Translations under genes and position numbers: made by a program | NCBI GenBank assembly: GCA_973895155.1 | Contig: OZ316893.1 | Span: 16,708,645-16,772,644, forward strand | DNA: 64,000 nt | Origin: Marsupella aquatica | Taxonomy: Eukaryota; Plantae; Marchantiophyta | Reading direction: 5' to 3' | Shown here: one piece after another, positions 63,498-64,000 of the stretch | Numbering within the stretch: position 1 is the first letter of the stretch | Layout of the letters: every line of letters begins with the position of its first letter | The notes under the pieces: model-generated | Seen by the model: the letters and a program-made list of their open reading frames with translations, nothing else | What the model was told of the DNA's origin: nothing | Database searches by the model: none

Positions 63498-64000
63498 CTA
63501 GGGAAATGTCTCCTAGGCTGCTTCCTTCTTCAGCCTCTTGATAGTCTGGAGGTGGCCTTCCTCCTGGGCCGTCATGATAATCAGCTTCTTTATGAGCGTC
63601 TGTATCTGACTCTCATGGAGCTCATCAAGCTTGGCGGCCTCCTTCATCACTAGGCACAACTCCTGACATGTCTGAAGATGGTTCCGCTGAGCTCAAAAAT
63701 ATCTTCCAGCATAATCCTTTCTAATCAAACTAATCTCTTCATCTTTCTCCTTCACAGTTTCTCGCAGGGTCTCAAGTTCCTCGAGGACATCCTCAGTCAT
63801 TTGGGACTCCTTCTCATGTTTATCTTTGATCGATTTCAAATGTTTCAAGGCATTGTCGATTTGGCCTTCAAGGTGACAAATGAGCCTCAGGTGAGTAACA
63901 TGCTCTACACGAGAGTTGCGTGAAAGCAAATGGAAATGATATTTACTCCAACGCATTTTCATACGGAAGCACTGATGGGATGAGCATCGTCCGAGATCTA
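63498..64000 (-). pseudogene. coiled-coil ORF fragment running off the window
   Basis: LEELETLRETVKEKDEEISLIRK continues past TGA into LDELHESQIQTLIKKL. Confidence 0.45.

Overview
Eukaryotic genomic DNA from a land plant (a seed-free plant such as a bryophyte is my guess, not proven). It is a dense nest of transposons around one intact host gene, a 13-exon chloroplast HflX GTPase (49334-54187, +). Target-site duplications (TSDs) resolve most of the nesting: Ty3/gypsy elements, two Bianca-type Ty1/copia elements, two 5'-truncated L1 LINEs, a CACTA transposase with upstream EDM2-PHD/BRCT/F-box fragments, a MITE, a probable Helitron end and a ParB-like gene. The main observation is that three Ty3-type LTRs with no evident DNA similarity to each other are giant (about 4.1-4.8 kb) and carry long sense-strand protein-coding ORFs inside the LTR itself. 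All three encode the same PMD/Transposase_32-like domain, two add a coiled coil, and one adds an RPA70-like ssDNA-binding OB-fold. One is the 5' LTR of a gag-pol element (followed directly by a tRNA primer-binding site, PBS); two are TG..CA solo units with perfect 5-bp TSDs. All domain names come from motif recognition by eye; no database search was run.
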